Shown one piece after another: positions 1 to 10,034 of a stretch of DNA of 64,000 nt. How positions within the stretch are numbered: the stretch's first letter is position 1; each line of letters opens with the position of its first letter. Source of the DNA: Candidatus Cloacimonadales bacterium (GTDB taxonomy: Bacteria; Cloacimonadota; Cloacimonadia; Cloacimonadales; JAFGVF01); contig CAXXOU010000004.1 of NCBI GenBank assembly GCA_963677495.2, forward strand, positions 384,001 through 448,000, given 5' to 3'. The notes under the pieces were generated by a model that did not search any database, was not told the origin of the DNA, and saw only the letters and a program-made list of their open reading frames with translations. The position numbers and the translations under genes are program-made.

Positions 1-295
1 TCCATTTGCGCTATTTTCAACTTTCCCTATTTTCCAAAATCTTTGTAAGTGCTAATGTTTAATAGGTAGGTGAACTTATTTTCGATAATGTTTTGAAGTA
101 TTATTTCTATATTTCATATTTTCCAGCTTCTTATTTAGATAGTTTACTATAATTATACATCAGACAATTTGTTATATTACTATTTAATTTTATCACTCTT
201 TATGAAAGGTATTGTCCTGATATTTAGCCTAAGCTTTATTGCGATCTTAGAAGGATTTCCTTTACAAAATCAGTTAATTTCACTTTGCTACAGCC

Positions 296-916
296 ATGAA
301 TCAAAAAGAAATTTGTTTAAATTATGTAAAAAAATGGCTTCCAAGAACTTCGGATACCGTAATACCTTTACTTGAAAGCTATCACGAACTACTTGTTGAA
401 GTTAATAGTGTCATTAATGTTTATTCTCGTAAAATGGATACAGATGATATTTGGACACTTCATTTTCTTGATAGCCTACTTCTACTCCAAACACAGGTAA
501 AATTATCAGGGAAAGTTCTTGATTTTGGTACTGGTGGAGGATTACCCGGTATTCCATTAAAGATATGTTTCCCTGATATAGATCTTAGCATGCTTGATGC
601 ACGCAGAAAAAAGATCCAAGCGATTGATGAGATGGTTGAAGAGCTCCAGCTCAATAACGTTACAGGCATATGGTCAAGACTTGAAGATTACTGCAAATAT
701 AGAAAAAATAGTTATGACTATATTGTATGCCGAAGCGTGAGGATAACTTCTGAGTTAAAACCATTACTTCTCAAATTGTTAAAACCCAATGGTAAAATTG
801 TCCTTTACAAAAGTAAAAACTTAGATGACGTGGAACAGTTCAGTAATAAGAAAATATTGGACGTAAGTCAACCAGTACTGGGGACACGTAAATTAATTGT
901 AATTGGAAATAAATAA
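296..916 (+). CDS. rsmG: 16S rRNA m7G527 methyltransferase RsmG (GidB)
   Basis: HFLDSL, LDFGTGGGLPGIPL SAM motif; directly upstream of parAB. Confidence 0.93.
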   Translation: MNQKEICLNYVKKWLPRTSDTVIPLLESYHELLVEVNSVINVYSRKMDTDDIWTLHFLDSLLLLQTQVKLSGKVLDFGTGGGLPGIPLKICFPDIDLSMLDARRKKIQAIDEMVEELQLNNVTGIWSRLEDYCKYRKNSYDYIVCRSVRITSELKPLLLKLLKPNGKIVLYKSKNLDDVEQFSNKKILDVSQPVLGTRKLIVIGNK

Positions 917-919
917 TTA

Positions 920-1678
920 ATGGGAAAAATCATCGCAATTGCCAACCAAAAAGGTGGTGTAGGCAAAACAACAACGGCTGTTAATCTTGCTGCTGCTTTA
1001 AGTATACTAGAAAAAAAGACCTTACTTATTGATCTGGATCCACAAGGAAACACAACAAGTGCTTATGGGATTGATAAAGACAAACTTGATAGACATATCT
1101 ACCATTGTATAATTAATTATGAACCAATCATAAATATCATCAAAGATACTGATATTGAGTTTCTTAAGATTGCACCAACAAATGTACATCTCGCCGGAGC
1201 AGAAATAGAATTAGTTAAAGATTTCACCAGGGAGAAAAAACTGCGTGAAGTAATAGACCCTGTTAGAAACAGATATGATTATATAATTATTGATTGTCCC
1301 CCATCTCTTAATCTGTTAACTGTCAATGCACTTACTGCATGTACTGATGTGTTGATACCAATCCAATGTGAATATTATGCGTTGGAAGGAGTTAGTCAGT
1401 TGATGAATAGCCTTCGCATTATCCAACAAAGCTTAAATCCTAATCTAAATCTTTTCGGGGTTCTGCTTACAATGTATGATAGCAGACTCAATTTATCTAA
1501 ACAGGTTGCAAAAGAAGTTAGAAGGTACTTCAAAGAGAAAGTATTTGAAACAATCATTATCAGAAATGTAAAACTCAGTGAGGCTCCCGGTTTTGGAAAA
1601 CCTATCTTCCACTATGACATCAAGTCTACCGGGGCAAAAAATTACTTAAAATTTGCAATGGAACTAATTGAAAGATGA
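920..1678 (+). CDS. parA: Chromosome partitioning ATPase ParA/Soj
   Basis: NQKGGVGKTTT deviant Walker A, DLDPQGN, IDCPPSL, PIQCEYYALEG. Confidence 0.96.
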   Translation: MGKIIAIANQKGGVGKTTTAVNLAAALSILEKKTLLIDLDPQGNTTSAYGIDKDKLDRHIYHCIINYEPIINIIKDTDIEFLKIAPTNVHLAGAEIELVKDFTREKKLREVIDPVRNRYDYIIIDCPPSLNLLTVNALTACTDVLIPIQCEYYALEGVSQLMNSLRIIQQSLNPNLNLFGVLLTMYDSRLNLSKQVAKEVRRYFKEKVFETIIIRNVKLSEAPGFGKPIFHYDIKSTGAKNYLKFAMELIER

Positions 1679-2511
1679 AACAAAAACTCGGTAAAGGCTT
1701 AGACGTGCTACTACAGAATATCCCGGAAGCTACTAATGAAACTGCCGGCATAACTACTTTAAGAATTGAAATTGTTAAACCTAATCGTTATCAACCTAGA
1801 AAAGTATTCGATGAAGATAAGCTATCTAATTTAGCCGAATCCATCATAGAAAACGGTATTATTCAACCCATTATTGTTACTAAACGTGAAGACTCTGATT
1901 ATGAGCTCATTGCTGGTGAACGCAGATTAGAAGCTGCTAAAATGGCTGGATTGGAAAGAGTTCCGGTTATTATCAGAAGTGTTTCCAGAAGGGAGCAACT
2001 TCAATATGCTATTATTGAGAATATTCAACGTGAGCAGTTAAACCCTATTGAAGAGGCTCAAGCTTATCAGATGATGATTGATGACTTCAATTATACCCAC
2101 GAGCAACTTGCAATCTCAATGGGCAAAAGTAGATCCCTTGTAACTAATCTACTAAGACTTCTAAAGCTCCCTCAAAAGATTCATGAGTACATTGCAAACG
2201 GAGAGATTACAACTGGACACGCTAAGACTATTCTCTCTTTACCTGAGAATAAGCAATTAGATTTTGCTAACCTGATTATTGAGAAACATCTCTCTGTAAG
2301 ACAAGCTGAAGAGCTTGTTAAAGAGCAAAAGTCTGCACCAAAAGCAAAACCGATCTCAAAACATATTCGACACAAAAACTATGAGGAAAGCCTTAAGCAG
2401 ATTTATGGTGTTAAGATTCAAGTAGTTGAAAATGCCGGCAAAGGCAAAGTTGTTTTCCATTATAAGAACAAAGAAGAACTAACGAAACTCCTGGAAGGAT
2501 TACAGAAATAG
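1675..2511 (+). CDS. parB: Chromosome partitioning protein ParB/Spo0J
   Basis: PNRYQPRK, IAGERRLEA, ENIQREQLNPIEEA, HTH; overlaps parA stop (ATGA). Confidence 0.96.
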   Translation: MKQKLGKGLDVLLQNIPEATNETAGITTLRIEIVKPNRYQPRKVFDEDKLSNLAESIIENGIIQPIIVTKREDSDYELIAGERRLEAAKMAGLERVPVIIRSVSRREQLQYAIIENIQREQLNPIEEAQAYQMMIDDFNYTHEQLAISMGKSRSLVTNLLRLLKLPQKIHEYIANGEITTGHAKTILSLPENKQLDFANLIIEKHLSVRQAEELVKEQKSAPKAKPISKHIRHKNYEESLKQIYGVKIQVVENAGKGKVVFHYKNKEELTKLLEGLQK

Positions 2512-2556
2512 TTAATCTACTATCCAATAAAGCTTTTTCGTGTAATCCGCTTAAGC

Positions 2557-2623
2557 TATGGACTTAAATGGACACTGTCAGTTAGCTTGTCCACTTAAGT
2601 CCACTATCATCCACTAAGTCCAT
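2557..2623. repeat. Phased inverted array, ~10-bp period (TGGAC / GTCCA cores)
   Basis: ATGGAC at 2558, 2568; GTCCAC/ATCCAC/GTCCAT at 2589, 2599, 2609, 2618. Confidence 0.75.
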
Positions 2624-2736
2624 GTATTTTTACTACTTTAAATCATGATGGGGAAGCACACAAAGTCCACATTGCTCATATTGATCCAATATTGACATCA
2701 TTCATCTCATTTCGTCCATGACTATGATTTGCCCCC

Positions 2737-2858
2737 CATTAAAAACATGGAACCAGTTAGGACCCACCAAGGAGCCACCAAGGACCCTCCTTGGCGAAGG
2801 TCAAAGTTATCCACACTATGTGTATAACTTCAGTCACGTGTGAAGTAAGTTTTTAATG
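2737..2858. repeat. Composite element 1: outer 10-bp IR + 11-bp phased (C/T)AAGGA array + inverted DnaA-box pair
   Basis: CATTAAAAAC 2737-2746 / GTTTTTAATG 2849-2858; GG cores at 2749, 2760, 2771, 2782; inverted TCCTTGG at 2788. Confidence 0.75.
2804..2830. promoter_or_regulatory. Head-to-head DnaA-box pair, 3-bp spacer
   Basis: TTATCCACA 2807-2815 (perfect box), CTA, TGTGTATAA 2819-2827 (= TTATACACA on minus). Confidence 0.7.
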
Positions 2859-3111
2859 AAGAGCTGTAATAGGGCAATATGATGACACAGAATTTGGAGG
2901 GTATGGTGGCGAGTATAAGATTTGCAGTAATTGGACAATAGAAACAATTACTACAGCAAATAATAACATTGGACAAATTTCACCTCATAGATTATGAATA
3001 GCGACAAATATAACAGTAATACTATCAAATAAAATTATTCAAAAAGTACTTGACGTTTAAACTTGAGTTCATTAAATCAGTAATGTTCTCTCGAACATTG
3101 GAGGTAATATT

Positions 3112-4167
3112 ATGAAAAAAGTATTGTTATGTATTGTCTTGTTCACATTCGTAAGTATGGTCGGATTGTTTGCCTATTCTGAAAATGAAAGCAATAATAC
3201 TCCAGCATCTGCAGATATGATACCTCGGGGGACACTAGCAAATGTAGTTTTATTCTCAGGGAACATTAACCAAGCAGGTGATGTTGATTGGGTAGGAATA
3301 CCATTGAATGATACGAATAATTGTACTATAGATTTTGTATCATTTGGGTCAGCAAATACTAGTGTTGATTTCTATTCAGATGTGCCACCTACAACAGTCG
3401 AAGGTACAGCAACAACAAGTTCCTCTTATACTTCTGCTGAAGTAAATCAAGGAGATGTTCATTATTACATCAGAATCTATGGTACAGCAGCAACTTATCC
3501 ATCCAGTTATCTGATTAGGATAACTAATGAAGATGATAATACTTTCTTAACTCCTGTAACTCTGTCATCATTTATGGCTGTATATACCAATAATGAAGTT
3601 GGAATTACCTGGGTAACCCAATCAGAGTCAAATCTTGCCGGATACAATGTAATACGGAGTGATTCACAAGATATGACAAAAGGTTTAAACGTAAATGGGG
3701 CTATAATCTATGCTCACAATAGTTCATCAATAACAACATACAATTTTAAAGATGAAGAGATTGAAGCTGGAGGCTCATACTATTATTGGCTTGAAGTAGT
3801 AGAGATTGATGGTGGAATTGATTATCACGGACCTGTAAATGTAGAGATAACAGAGGATGATCATGAAGAGGAGACACCTGACTTAGTATACAGAACCGGA
3901 ATAGTCAGTAGTTATCCAAATCCATTCTCACACAATATCGACTTGCAGGTTGAGATGTCAAAGCTAACTGCAATTGAGCTCTCAGTATATAACATTAAAG
4001 GTGAAAAAGTTGATGTCATTCATAATGGCGAACTAACAGAAGGTACTCACACCTTTAACTGGGATGGAAAAGATGTTCATGGCAGAAGTATAGCCAATGG
4101 TATCTATTTCTTCAGATTAGATAGTTATGAGGGTTCATACACTCGCAAAGTAACCTTCATAAAGTAG
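3112..4167 (+). CDS. Secreted protein with FlgD/T9SS-like C-terminal sorting domain
   Basis: GGAGG RBS, signal peptide, PVTLSSF motif, SYPNPFS...YNIKGEKV...WDGKD...GIYF C-terminus. Confidence 0.85.
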   Translation: MKKVLLCIVLFTFVSMVGLFAYSENESNNTPASADMIPRGTLANVVLFSGNINQAGDVDWVGIPLNDTNNCTIDFVSFGSANTSVDFYSDVPPTTVEGTATTSSSYTSAEVNQGDVHYYIRIYGTAATYPSSYLIRITNEDDNTFLTPVTLSSFMAVYTNNEVGITWVTQSESNLAGYNVIRSDSQDMTKGLNVNGAIIYAHNSSSITTYNFKDEEIEAGGSYYYWLEVVEIDGGIDYHGPVNVEITEDDHEEETPDLVYRTGIVSSYPNPFSHNIDLQVEMSKLTAIELSVYNIKGEKVDVIHNGELTEGTHTFNWDGKDVHGRSIANGIYFFRLDSYEGSYTRKVTFIK

Positions 4168-4182
4168 TAACGATTAAGAGAG

Positions 4183-4219
4183 AACGAAAGGGGTGCTTTA
4201 ACAGTATCCCTTTTCGTTT
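4183..4219 (+). terminator. Intrinsic terminator
   Basis: AACGAAAGGGGTGCT / AGTATCCCTTTTCGTT hairpin after stop. Confidence 0.65.
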
Positions 4220-4364
4220 AGCAATTTAAGACTAGGTAGGTAGGCCAAGTACATTACTTACAGATATACAACCACTTGAAAGAATCGTAATAGAAAGTTA
4301 AGGATTATTTAAAAATTCTTATTGACAAGAACAGGACGATTGGAAACTTTAATCTCACATGTGA

Positions 4365-4440
4365 GCGGGAGTAGCTCAGCTGGTAGAGCGCCACCTTGCC
4401 AAGGTGGTTGTCGCGGGTTCGAATCCCGTCTCCCGCTCCA
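4365..4440 (+). tRNA. tRNA-Gly(GCC)
   Basis: Cloverleaf, anticodon loop TTGCCAA, TTCGAAT, encoded CCA. Confidence 0.97.
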
Positions 4441-4448
4441 ATGTAGAA

Positions 4449-4522
4449 GGCGACATCGCCAAGTGGTAAGGCAGAGGTCTGCAAAATCTCCATCCCCGGT
4501 TCGAATCCGGGTGTCGCCTCCA
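4449..4522 (+). tRNA. tRNA-Cys(GCA)
   Basis: GGCGACA/TGTCGCC acceptor, anticodon loop CTGCAAA, CCA. Confidence 0.96.
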
Positions 4523-4541
4523 CAGAATGTTAAAAAATAGT

Positions 4542-4629
4542 GCCGGAGTGGTGGAATTGGTAGACACAAGGGACTTAAAATCCCTCGAGATTCTATCTCG
4601 TGCCGGTTCAAGTCCGGCCTCTGGTACCA
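4542..4629 (+). tRNA. tRNA-Leu(TAA)
   Basis: Anticodon loop CTTAAAA, long variable arm, TTCAAGT, CCA. Confidence 0.96.
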
Positions 4630-4642
4630 ATAATAAAATCGA

Positions 4643-4718
4643 GCGGGAGTAGCTCAGCTGGTAGAGCGCCACCTTGCCAAGGTGGTTGTCGCGGGTTCGA
4701 ATCCCGTCTCCCGCTCCA
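4643..4718 (+). tRNA. tRNA-Gly(GCC), identical second copy
   Basis: Identical to 4365-4440. Confidence 0.97.
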
Positions 4719-4787
4719 TTTTTATCTCAGCACTAATCTTTAATTCTACTCAAATCAATCCAATCTCCCAAAACTTCATAGAATTCC

Positions 4788-4816
4788 TTGACACTCTCTA
4801 CCTTTTGGTTGATAAT
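4788..4816 (+). promoter_or_regulatory. Sigma70-like promoter of the UGPase-MCE operon
   Basis: TTGACA-17bp-GATAAT. Confidence 0.55.
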
Positions 4817-4846
4817 TTCACTTAAATAAGATTACCAGAGGTAAGT

Positions 4847-6241
4847 ATGGATAAAGTTAAACTATTTATGCAGAAAATGGAAAGGGAACAGCTTGGCAAT
4901 GAAGTGGTTGAAACCTTTACTCAATATTTTAACAGTTTCGTTGCTGGTGATAGGGGTTTGTTAACCAATAAAACTATTTCAGCTCCAGAAGAGGGAGATG
5001 TGATTGACTTCATAACTTTGACCGAGAAAAAAAGCGAATACTTATCCAAACTTGCTATCTGTAAACTAAACGGTGGACTCGGAACTTCAATGGGTTTGAC
5101 TAAAGCAAAATCATTGCTCCCTGTGTTCAATACAAATGAAGGTGAAGAGCTTACCTTTCTTGATGTTACATTGAAGCAACTCGAGAGTTTAAGAAAAAAC
5201 GGTAGTTCAACTACATTCCTTTTGATGAATAGTTACAACACGGATGCAGATACAAAAGAAGCAATCTCTAAATACAATTGGTTAGATGAACAGAAGTTAG
5301 ATACATGTTTCATCCAGAATAAATATCCACGCATTAGAAAAGATGATTTTACACCATTAAACCTTGAAGATGAAGGAGCTAACTGGAATCCACCCGGACA
5401 TGGTGACATCTATACTGCACTTTCTGCTACCGGAATTCTTGATAAGCTGATAGCTGAAGGTATTGAGTACTTGTTTGTTTCAAATTCAGATAATCTTGGA
5501 GCAACTCCAGATATAAAGATATTAACTTATCTAATTGATAATAGTATCCCATTCTTGATGGAAGTATGCAGACGTACTGAGATGGATAAGAAAGGGGGAC
5601 ATTTAGCTAGAAGTAATACTGGTAACTTAGTTCTAAGAGAAGTTACTCAATGTCCTGAAGATGAGATTGGGGAGTTTCAGAATATAAACTTATACTCATT
5701 CTTCAACACAAACAGTTTATGGATTAATCTAAAAAGTTTGAAGCAGTTTATGATTGATAACGATGGAAAAATGAAACTACCATTAATTGTTAACCCGAAG
5801 AGTGTTGAAGGGGTTGATGTAATCCAACTTGAAACTGCTATGGGTGCAGCTATAAGTGTCTTTAATGGTGCTAAAGCTCTGGAAGTTCCACGTAGTAGAT
5901 TTATTCCTGTAAAGAAAACTAATGAACTACTTCTTCTATGGAGCGGGGTTTATATATTAAATGAACACTATGAAGTAGAACTCGCTTCTAAGTTCCGAAA
6001 AGCACCCATAATCCATTTAGATCAGAAATATTATAAAACGGTTGATGCATTAAGAGAGAAGATATGGAAACATAAGCCTGATATGAGTCGCTGTAGGTCA
6101 CTTCATATTGATGGAGATGTGTATATTGGAGAGAATATAGCATTTATAGGTGATGTGAGCATAAACGGCTGTGATAATAAGTATGTGATAAACAATCGAA
6201 GATTGGAAGGATTGACACTCTGTCATCCGGAGATGTTTTAG
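4847..6241 (+). CDS. UTP--glucose-1-phosphate uridylyltransferase, eukaryote-type UDPGP family
   Basis: KLNGGLGTSMG..KAKS, WNPPGHGD, SNSDNLGA, QLETAMGAAI, VPRSRFIPVK. Confidence 0.92.
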   Translation: MDKVKLFMQKMEREQLGNEVVETFTQYFNSFVAGDRGLLTNKTISAPEEGDVIDFITLTEKKSEYLSKLAICKLNGGLGTSMGLTKAKSLLPVFNTNEGEELTFLDVTLKQLESLRKNGSSTTFLLMNSYNTDADTKEAISKYNWLDEQKLDTCFIQNKYPRIRKDDFTPLNLEDEGANWNPPGHGDIYTALSATGILDKLIAEGIEYLFVSNSDNLGATPDIKILTYLIDNSIPFLMEVCRRTEMDKKGGHLARSNTGNLVLREVTQCPEDEIGEFQNINLYSFFNTNSLWINLKSLKQFMIDNDGKMKLPLIVNPKSVEGVDVIQLETAMGAAISVFNGAKALEVPRSRFIPVKKTNELLLLWSGVYILNEHYEVELASKFRKAPIIHLDQKYYKTVDALREKIWKHKPDMSRCRSLHIDGDVYIGENIAFIGDVSINGCDNKYVINNRRLEGLTLCHPEMF

Positions 6242-7026
6242 TGACGCTTGACTTTTTTCTGGTAGATAGTTTTACAGAAGATGCTTTTAAAGGTAATCCT
6301 GCAGGTGTTGTTCTGCTTAAGGAAGAAATTGATGAATCAGTAATGCAAAGTATTGCTTCAGAAGTTAACCTCTCTGAGACAGCTTTTGTACTTAGAACAG
6401 ATGAAGGCAGATATAAAATCAGATGGTTTACGCCCACAACTGAAGTGAATCTATGCGGTCATGCAACTTTAGCGGTTGCAAAAGTATTAAACGATGTGTA
6501 TGGGATCTTGCAGTGTTTCTTTGATAGTCGTATGGATAATTTATTTACTAGGTGTAATGATGGTTTAATAGAGTTATTGTTTCCAACTGCACCTGCTGAA
6601 GTAGAATATAACAATAAAGAGTTACTTATGCAGCTACCAGATTTTCTATGTGCGAAGAAATCGGAGTTATTGGACTATGTCGTTGTTGAACTTGCTTCCA
6701 TAGATAGCTTATACAGTTATCAACCAGATAAGGATAGTTTGTTACAGGCTGATAAAATATCAGGTTTGATCTTGACTTGTAGAGATGAAGAATATGACTT
6801 TGTAAGTAGATTCTTTGACCCTTGGGAAGGTATTCTTGAAGATCCGGTAACAGGGTCTGCTCATTGTGTACTTACTCCATATTGGAGAGATAAGTTAGGG
6901 ATGAGGAAATTAAATGCATACCAAGCTTCAACTAGAGGTGGAAGCTTATTTTGTGAAGATAGGGGAGATGTCGTTTCCATTAAAGGAAATGCAAAGATAA
7001 TAATGAAAGGTAAAATAGAGTTTTAA
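6241..7026 (+). CDS. PhzF family isomerase
   Basis: FKGNPAGV, NLSETAF, EVNLCGHAT, EDPVTGSAH. Confidence 0.92.
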   Translation: MTLDFFLVDSFTEDAFKGNPAGVVLLKEEIDESVMQSIASEVNLSETAFVLRTDEGRYKIRWFTPTTEVNLCGHATLAVAKVLNDVYGILQCFFDSRMDNLFTRCNDGLIELLFPTAPAEVEYNNKELLMQLPDFLCAKKSELLDYVVVELASIDSLYSYQPDKDSLLQADKISGLILTCRDEEYDFVSRFFDPWEGILEDPVTGSAHCVLTPYWRDKLGMRKLNAYQASTRGGSLFCEDRGDVVSIKGNAKIIMKGKIEF

Positions 7027-7036
7027 AGGACAGTTT

Positions 7037-7909
7037 ATGAGAGTAAGTAAGGCTCAAAAGATTAGATTAGGCGTTTTCATCTTTAGTGGTTTTCTGCTAA
7101 TTGCACTATTAGTTGTTATAGTTGCAGGAAACAAGTTGATGGAGAAGAGAGACATATACTATGTTGAGTATGAAGACTCCTCTGTTAATGGCTTATCCAC
7201 CGGTGGAGCTGTCAAATACCATGGTATTGATGTTGGACGAGTAGACAAGATAGAGATAAACCCGGAAGATATTACAAAGGTTATTGTTACAATAAGTGTG
7301 GAAAGTGGAACTCCTATAAAAGAGGACGTAGAAGCTACACTTGTGCCTGTAGGAATAACAGGTTTGAAATCAATCGAGTTAACCGGAGGGACAAATGAAG
7401 CGGATTTACTCCCGCCTTCTGCTAGTATTAAACCCGGCTTATCTACATTTGATAACTTAACAGGTAGAGCTGAATCAATTGCTGAAAAATTGGAACAACT
7501 AGTTAGTAATTTGAATGAACTAACTAATCCCCAAACCCAGAAAGATATAAGTCAGATTATAGAAAGTACTAATGAGATAGTTTCTAATAACAAAGAGTCT
7601 ATTAACAGTACTATTTCAAATCTTGAGAGCATTACTAATAATGCAGATATACTTGTTGAGAATCTCTCAACATTCTCTGACTCACTTGGTAACATTAAGA
7701 TCAGTGAGACTGTTTCAAAACTTAATACTACAATAGATAAATCGAATTTGGCAATAACCAACATTGATAGACTTGTTTCAAAAAATAGAGTTAACTTGGA
7801 TGAATCACTAGAAACTCTTAGAGAAACTCTTGAAAGTCTTAATGAGTTTGCAAGACAGATAAATGAAGATCCATCAGTACTACTTCGTGGTAGTTCAGTA
7901 GGGGAGTAG
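7037..7909 (+). CDS. MCE/MlaD family protein with long helical extension
   Basis: N-terminal TM, GLSTGGAVKYHGIDVGRV MCE motif, heptad tail ending PSVLLRG. Confidence 0.9.
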   Translation: MRVSKAQKIRLGVFIFSGFLLIALLVVIVAGNKLMEKRDIYYVEYEDSSVNGLSTGGAVKYHGIDVGRVDKIEINPEDITKVIVTISVESGTPIKEDVEATLVPVGITGLKSIELTGGTNEADLLPPSASIKPGLSTFDNLTGRAESIAEKLEQLVSNLNELTNPQTQKDISQIIESTNEIVSNNKESINSTISNLESITNNADILVENLSTFSDSLGNIKISETVSKLNTTIDKSNLAITNIDRLVSKNRVNLDESLETLRETLESLNEFARQINEDPSVLLRGSSVGE

Positions 7910-7912
7910 AAT

Positions 7913-10033
7913 ATGAACAAGATAAAATTGATCGCTTTACTTGTATTTACACTGACCTTAGTTGCATGTAGTTTCAACAGACAAATAGAGTCTACAAACT
8001 ATTACATACTTGATTATAATGGTTGTAATGAAGAGGAGAACCTTAAGCTTGAAAAGCCATTTGAATTCAGCGTACAAATAAACGAAACAAGGTTGCCAAG
8101 AACTTATGATAGGAATCAGATAGTATCCAAATATACTTTCAACCAGATATCCTACCTTAAACGCCACCTTTGGAGCTCAAAGCTCTATGATGCGATTCCC
8201 AATCTTATTTCACAAAGAATTAAGTGCTACAATATCTTTGAAAGAGTGGATAGAGAATCAACAGTTGAACTTCCTGATTTCTATATTGATACGAATGTCT
8301 CAAACATTGAGCAGTATTTAGATGAAGGTAAGCAGTTTGCACATCTGAAAATTGAGTTTATTCTAAGGAATGGGAATGATAATAAAGAGCTTTTCAATTA
8401 CAGCAATGATAGAACAAAACGAGTTTACTCTGATGGAATCGATGGTGTTGTAAGTACATTGAATGACTTGATCTTGGAAGAAACAAACACATTCAGTAGA
8501 TTGGTAGTAGGTTATTTAAGTAAAAAAGATATTCCAAGTTATGAATTAATATCCAAATTAGGTGAGGCCAATAAAGATTATGAAGAGATAAGTGGTGATA
8601 TAAACAATGTAGGCGAGCTTCTTGTGCCTGCGATTCATGATAGTGAAGTTGAACCTGAATATTACATCTACTCTAAAAGTGGGGACTTTATAGATGTTGG
8701 CGAGATGGGAAAAGTCATTCGATTACCAAAGGGTTTTTACCAGCTAAAGATTGGGACTGACCAAATGATAACTCAAGAAGTCGATGTACAACCGGGCTAT
8801 AGAAGAGTTGTCAAACCGACATGGGGTGTGCTTGATGTAAGTATAATAGATGAAGATAGAAATGACGTTAAAATGAGATATGAAATTTTCCAGGAAGATG
8901 AAGAACGTGTTAGGTCATTTGGTACTTACTATAGCTCAAGTGATAGAATAACTGAACCATCTGATGCTCATGTATTGCTTCCCGGTATGTATAAACTCAC
9001 TATTAATGGCCGTCCTTTCAATACATATATAGATTTTACTTCTGTTACTATTTCTGAAGATCAGACATATGAACTGACTTTAGTAGTCGAATCATTAGAC
9101 GAAAATGAAGTAACCGCTTCTCGAAAGCTTCTTGGTGCGGGTATTATTAGAGCTGAATCTGATCGCAGAGAGAATCAATATGGCAAATGGGATAATGCTG
9201 TTTACGTTATTGCAAACTTTAACTCTGACAACAAGACAGCAGAAGATGATCGTAAAACTTCAATGACTTTCATCGGTGAATTTGATAACCAGTTTGAATA
9301 CGAGAAGGGACCATTCCATTACAGTATGAAAAGCTTGTATAGTATTGAACTTAACTGGGAAACTGATGAAGACTTCAAAGTCAAGAATGATGATTATAAT
9401 CTTGAGAATACTGTAATCTACAATGTTATGGGTGATCTTGGTGTCTATGGTAGGGTGGATCTTGCCAGCCATTTCACTCCTACTTATGATTATATAAGTA
9501 GTGGTGAAACTCGTGATATTGAGATTAGAGATGTTGATAATGAAATGACAGAGTATTTGTCAGATAAGGATAAGTTCAAGTTTCAACCTATGTTCTTCCC
9601 GCTTGTGCTGAAAGAAGGTGCCGGTTTGAATTATAGATTGTTCCAAAACGTAAGTTCTCTTAAAATGAGTGTTAGAGGTGGTATTGGTTGGGAACAGGAG
9701 ATCTATCATGATACCTATACTCAGCAAAGCAACTCAGATACATTATATGTTTACCGTGAACAAGAAAATGATTTTACTACCGGTTTTGAGCTTTCAGCTT
9801 TAGGCACATTGTCAATGAAGAAACTACCTGTTGATTACACACTAAGTGCTGATTTTCTCTTCCCATTTGATGCTAATGATGAAGCTAAATATGACATTGA
9901 GAATATCCTCACACTGAATTTGATAAAGAATGTTTCCTGGGATATTAAAGCCACATTCACAAAGGGTGTACAAGGCAGAGATTACTGGGTTCTTGATTAC
10001 GGTACTTTCTTAAGATTGTCCCTATTCTACTAA
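7913..10033 (+). CDS. Lipoprotein: PqiC/ABC_trans_aux-like N-domain fused to a putative outer-membrane beta-barrel
   Basis: Lipobox LVAC; NYYIL..LPRTYDRNQIV..HLWS PqiC-like segment; amphipathic strands and terminal FLRLSLFY. Confidence 0.65.
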   Translation: MNKIKLIALLVFTLTLVACSFNRQIESTNYYILDYNGCNEEENLKLEKPFEFSVQINETRLPRTYDRNQIVSKYTFNQISYLKRHLWSSKLYDAIPNLISQRIKCYNIFERVDRESTVELPDFYIDTNVSNIEQYLDEGKQFAHLKIEFILRNGNDNKELFNYSNDRTKRVYSDGIDGVVSTLNDLILEETNTFSRLVVGYLSKKDIPSYELISKLGEANKDYEEISGDINNVGELLVPAIHDSEVEPEYYIYSKSGDFIDVGEMGKVIRLPKGFYQLKIGTDQMITQEVDVQPGYRRVVKPTWGVLDVSIIDEDRNDVKMRYEIFQEDEERVRSFGTYYSSSDRITEPSDAHVLLPGMYKLTINGRPFNTYIDFTSVTISEDQTYELTLVVESLDENEVTASRKLLGAGIIRAESDRRENQYGKWDNAVYVIANFNSDNKTAEDDRKTSMTFIGEFDNQFEYEKGPFHYSMKSLYSIELNWETDEDFKVKNDDYNLENTVIYNVMGDLGVYGRVDLASHFTPTYDYISSGETRDIEIRDVDNEMTEYLSDKDKFKFQPMFFPLVLKEGAGLNYRLFQNVSSLKMSVRGGIGWEQEIYHDTYTQQSNSDTLYVYREQENDFTTGFELSALGTLSMKKLPVDYTLSADFLFPFDANDEAKYDIENILTLNLIKNVSWDIKATFTKGVQGRDYWVLDYGTFLRLSLFY

Positions 10034-10034
10034 T

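Noticed and set aside
45..69. Recurrent loose GTAAGT-N~18-TTA motif (also ~14741, 15074, 15213, 34606)
   Set aside because: Too degenerate in AT-rich DNA to support without a motif search
2828..2845. CTTCAGTCACGTGTGAAG as a parS site
   Set aside because: Shares only the TCACGTG core with TGTTTCACGTGAAACA; the arms do not match
4305..4672. Short ORFs over the tRNA cluster (also 34756-34962)
   Set aside because: Shadow frames of tRNA genes
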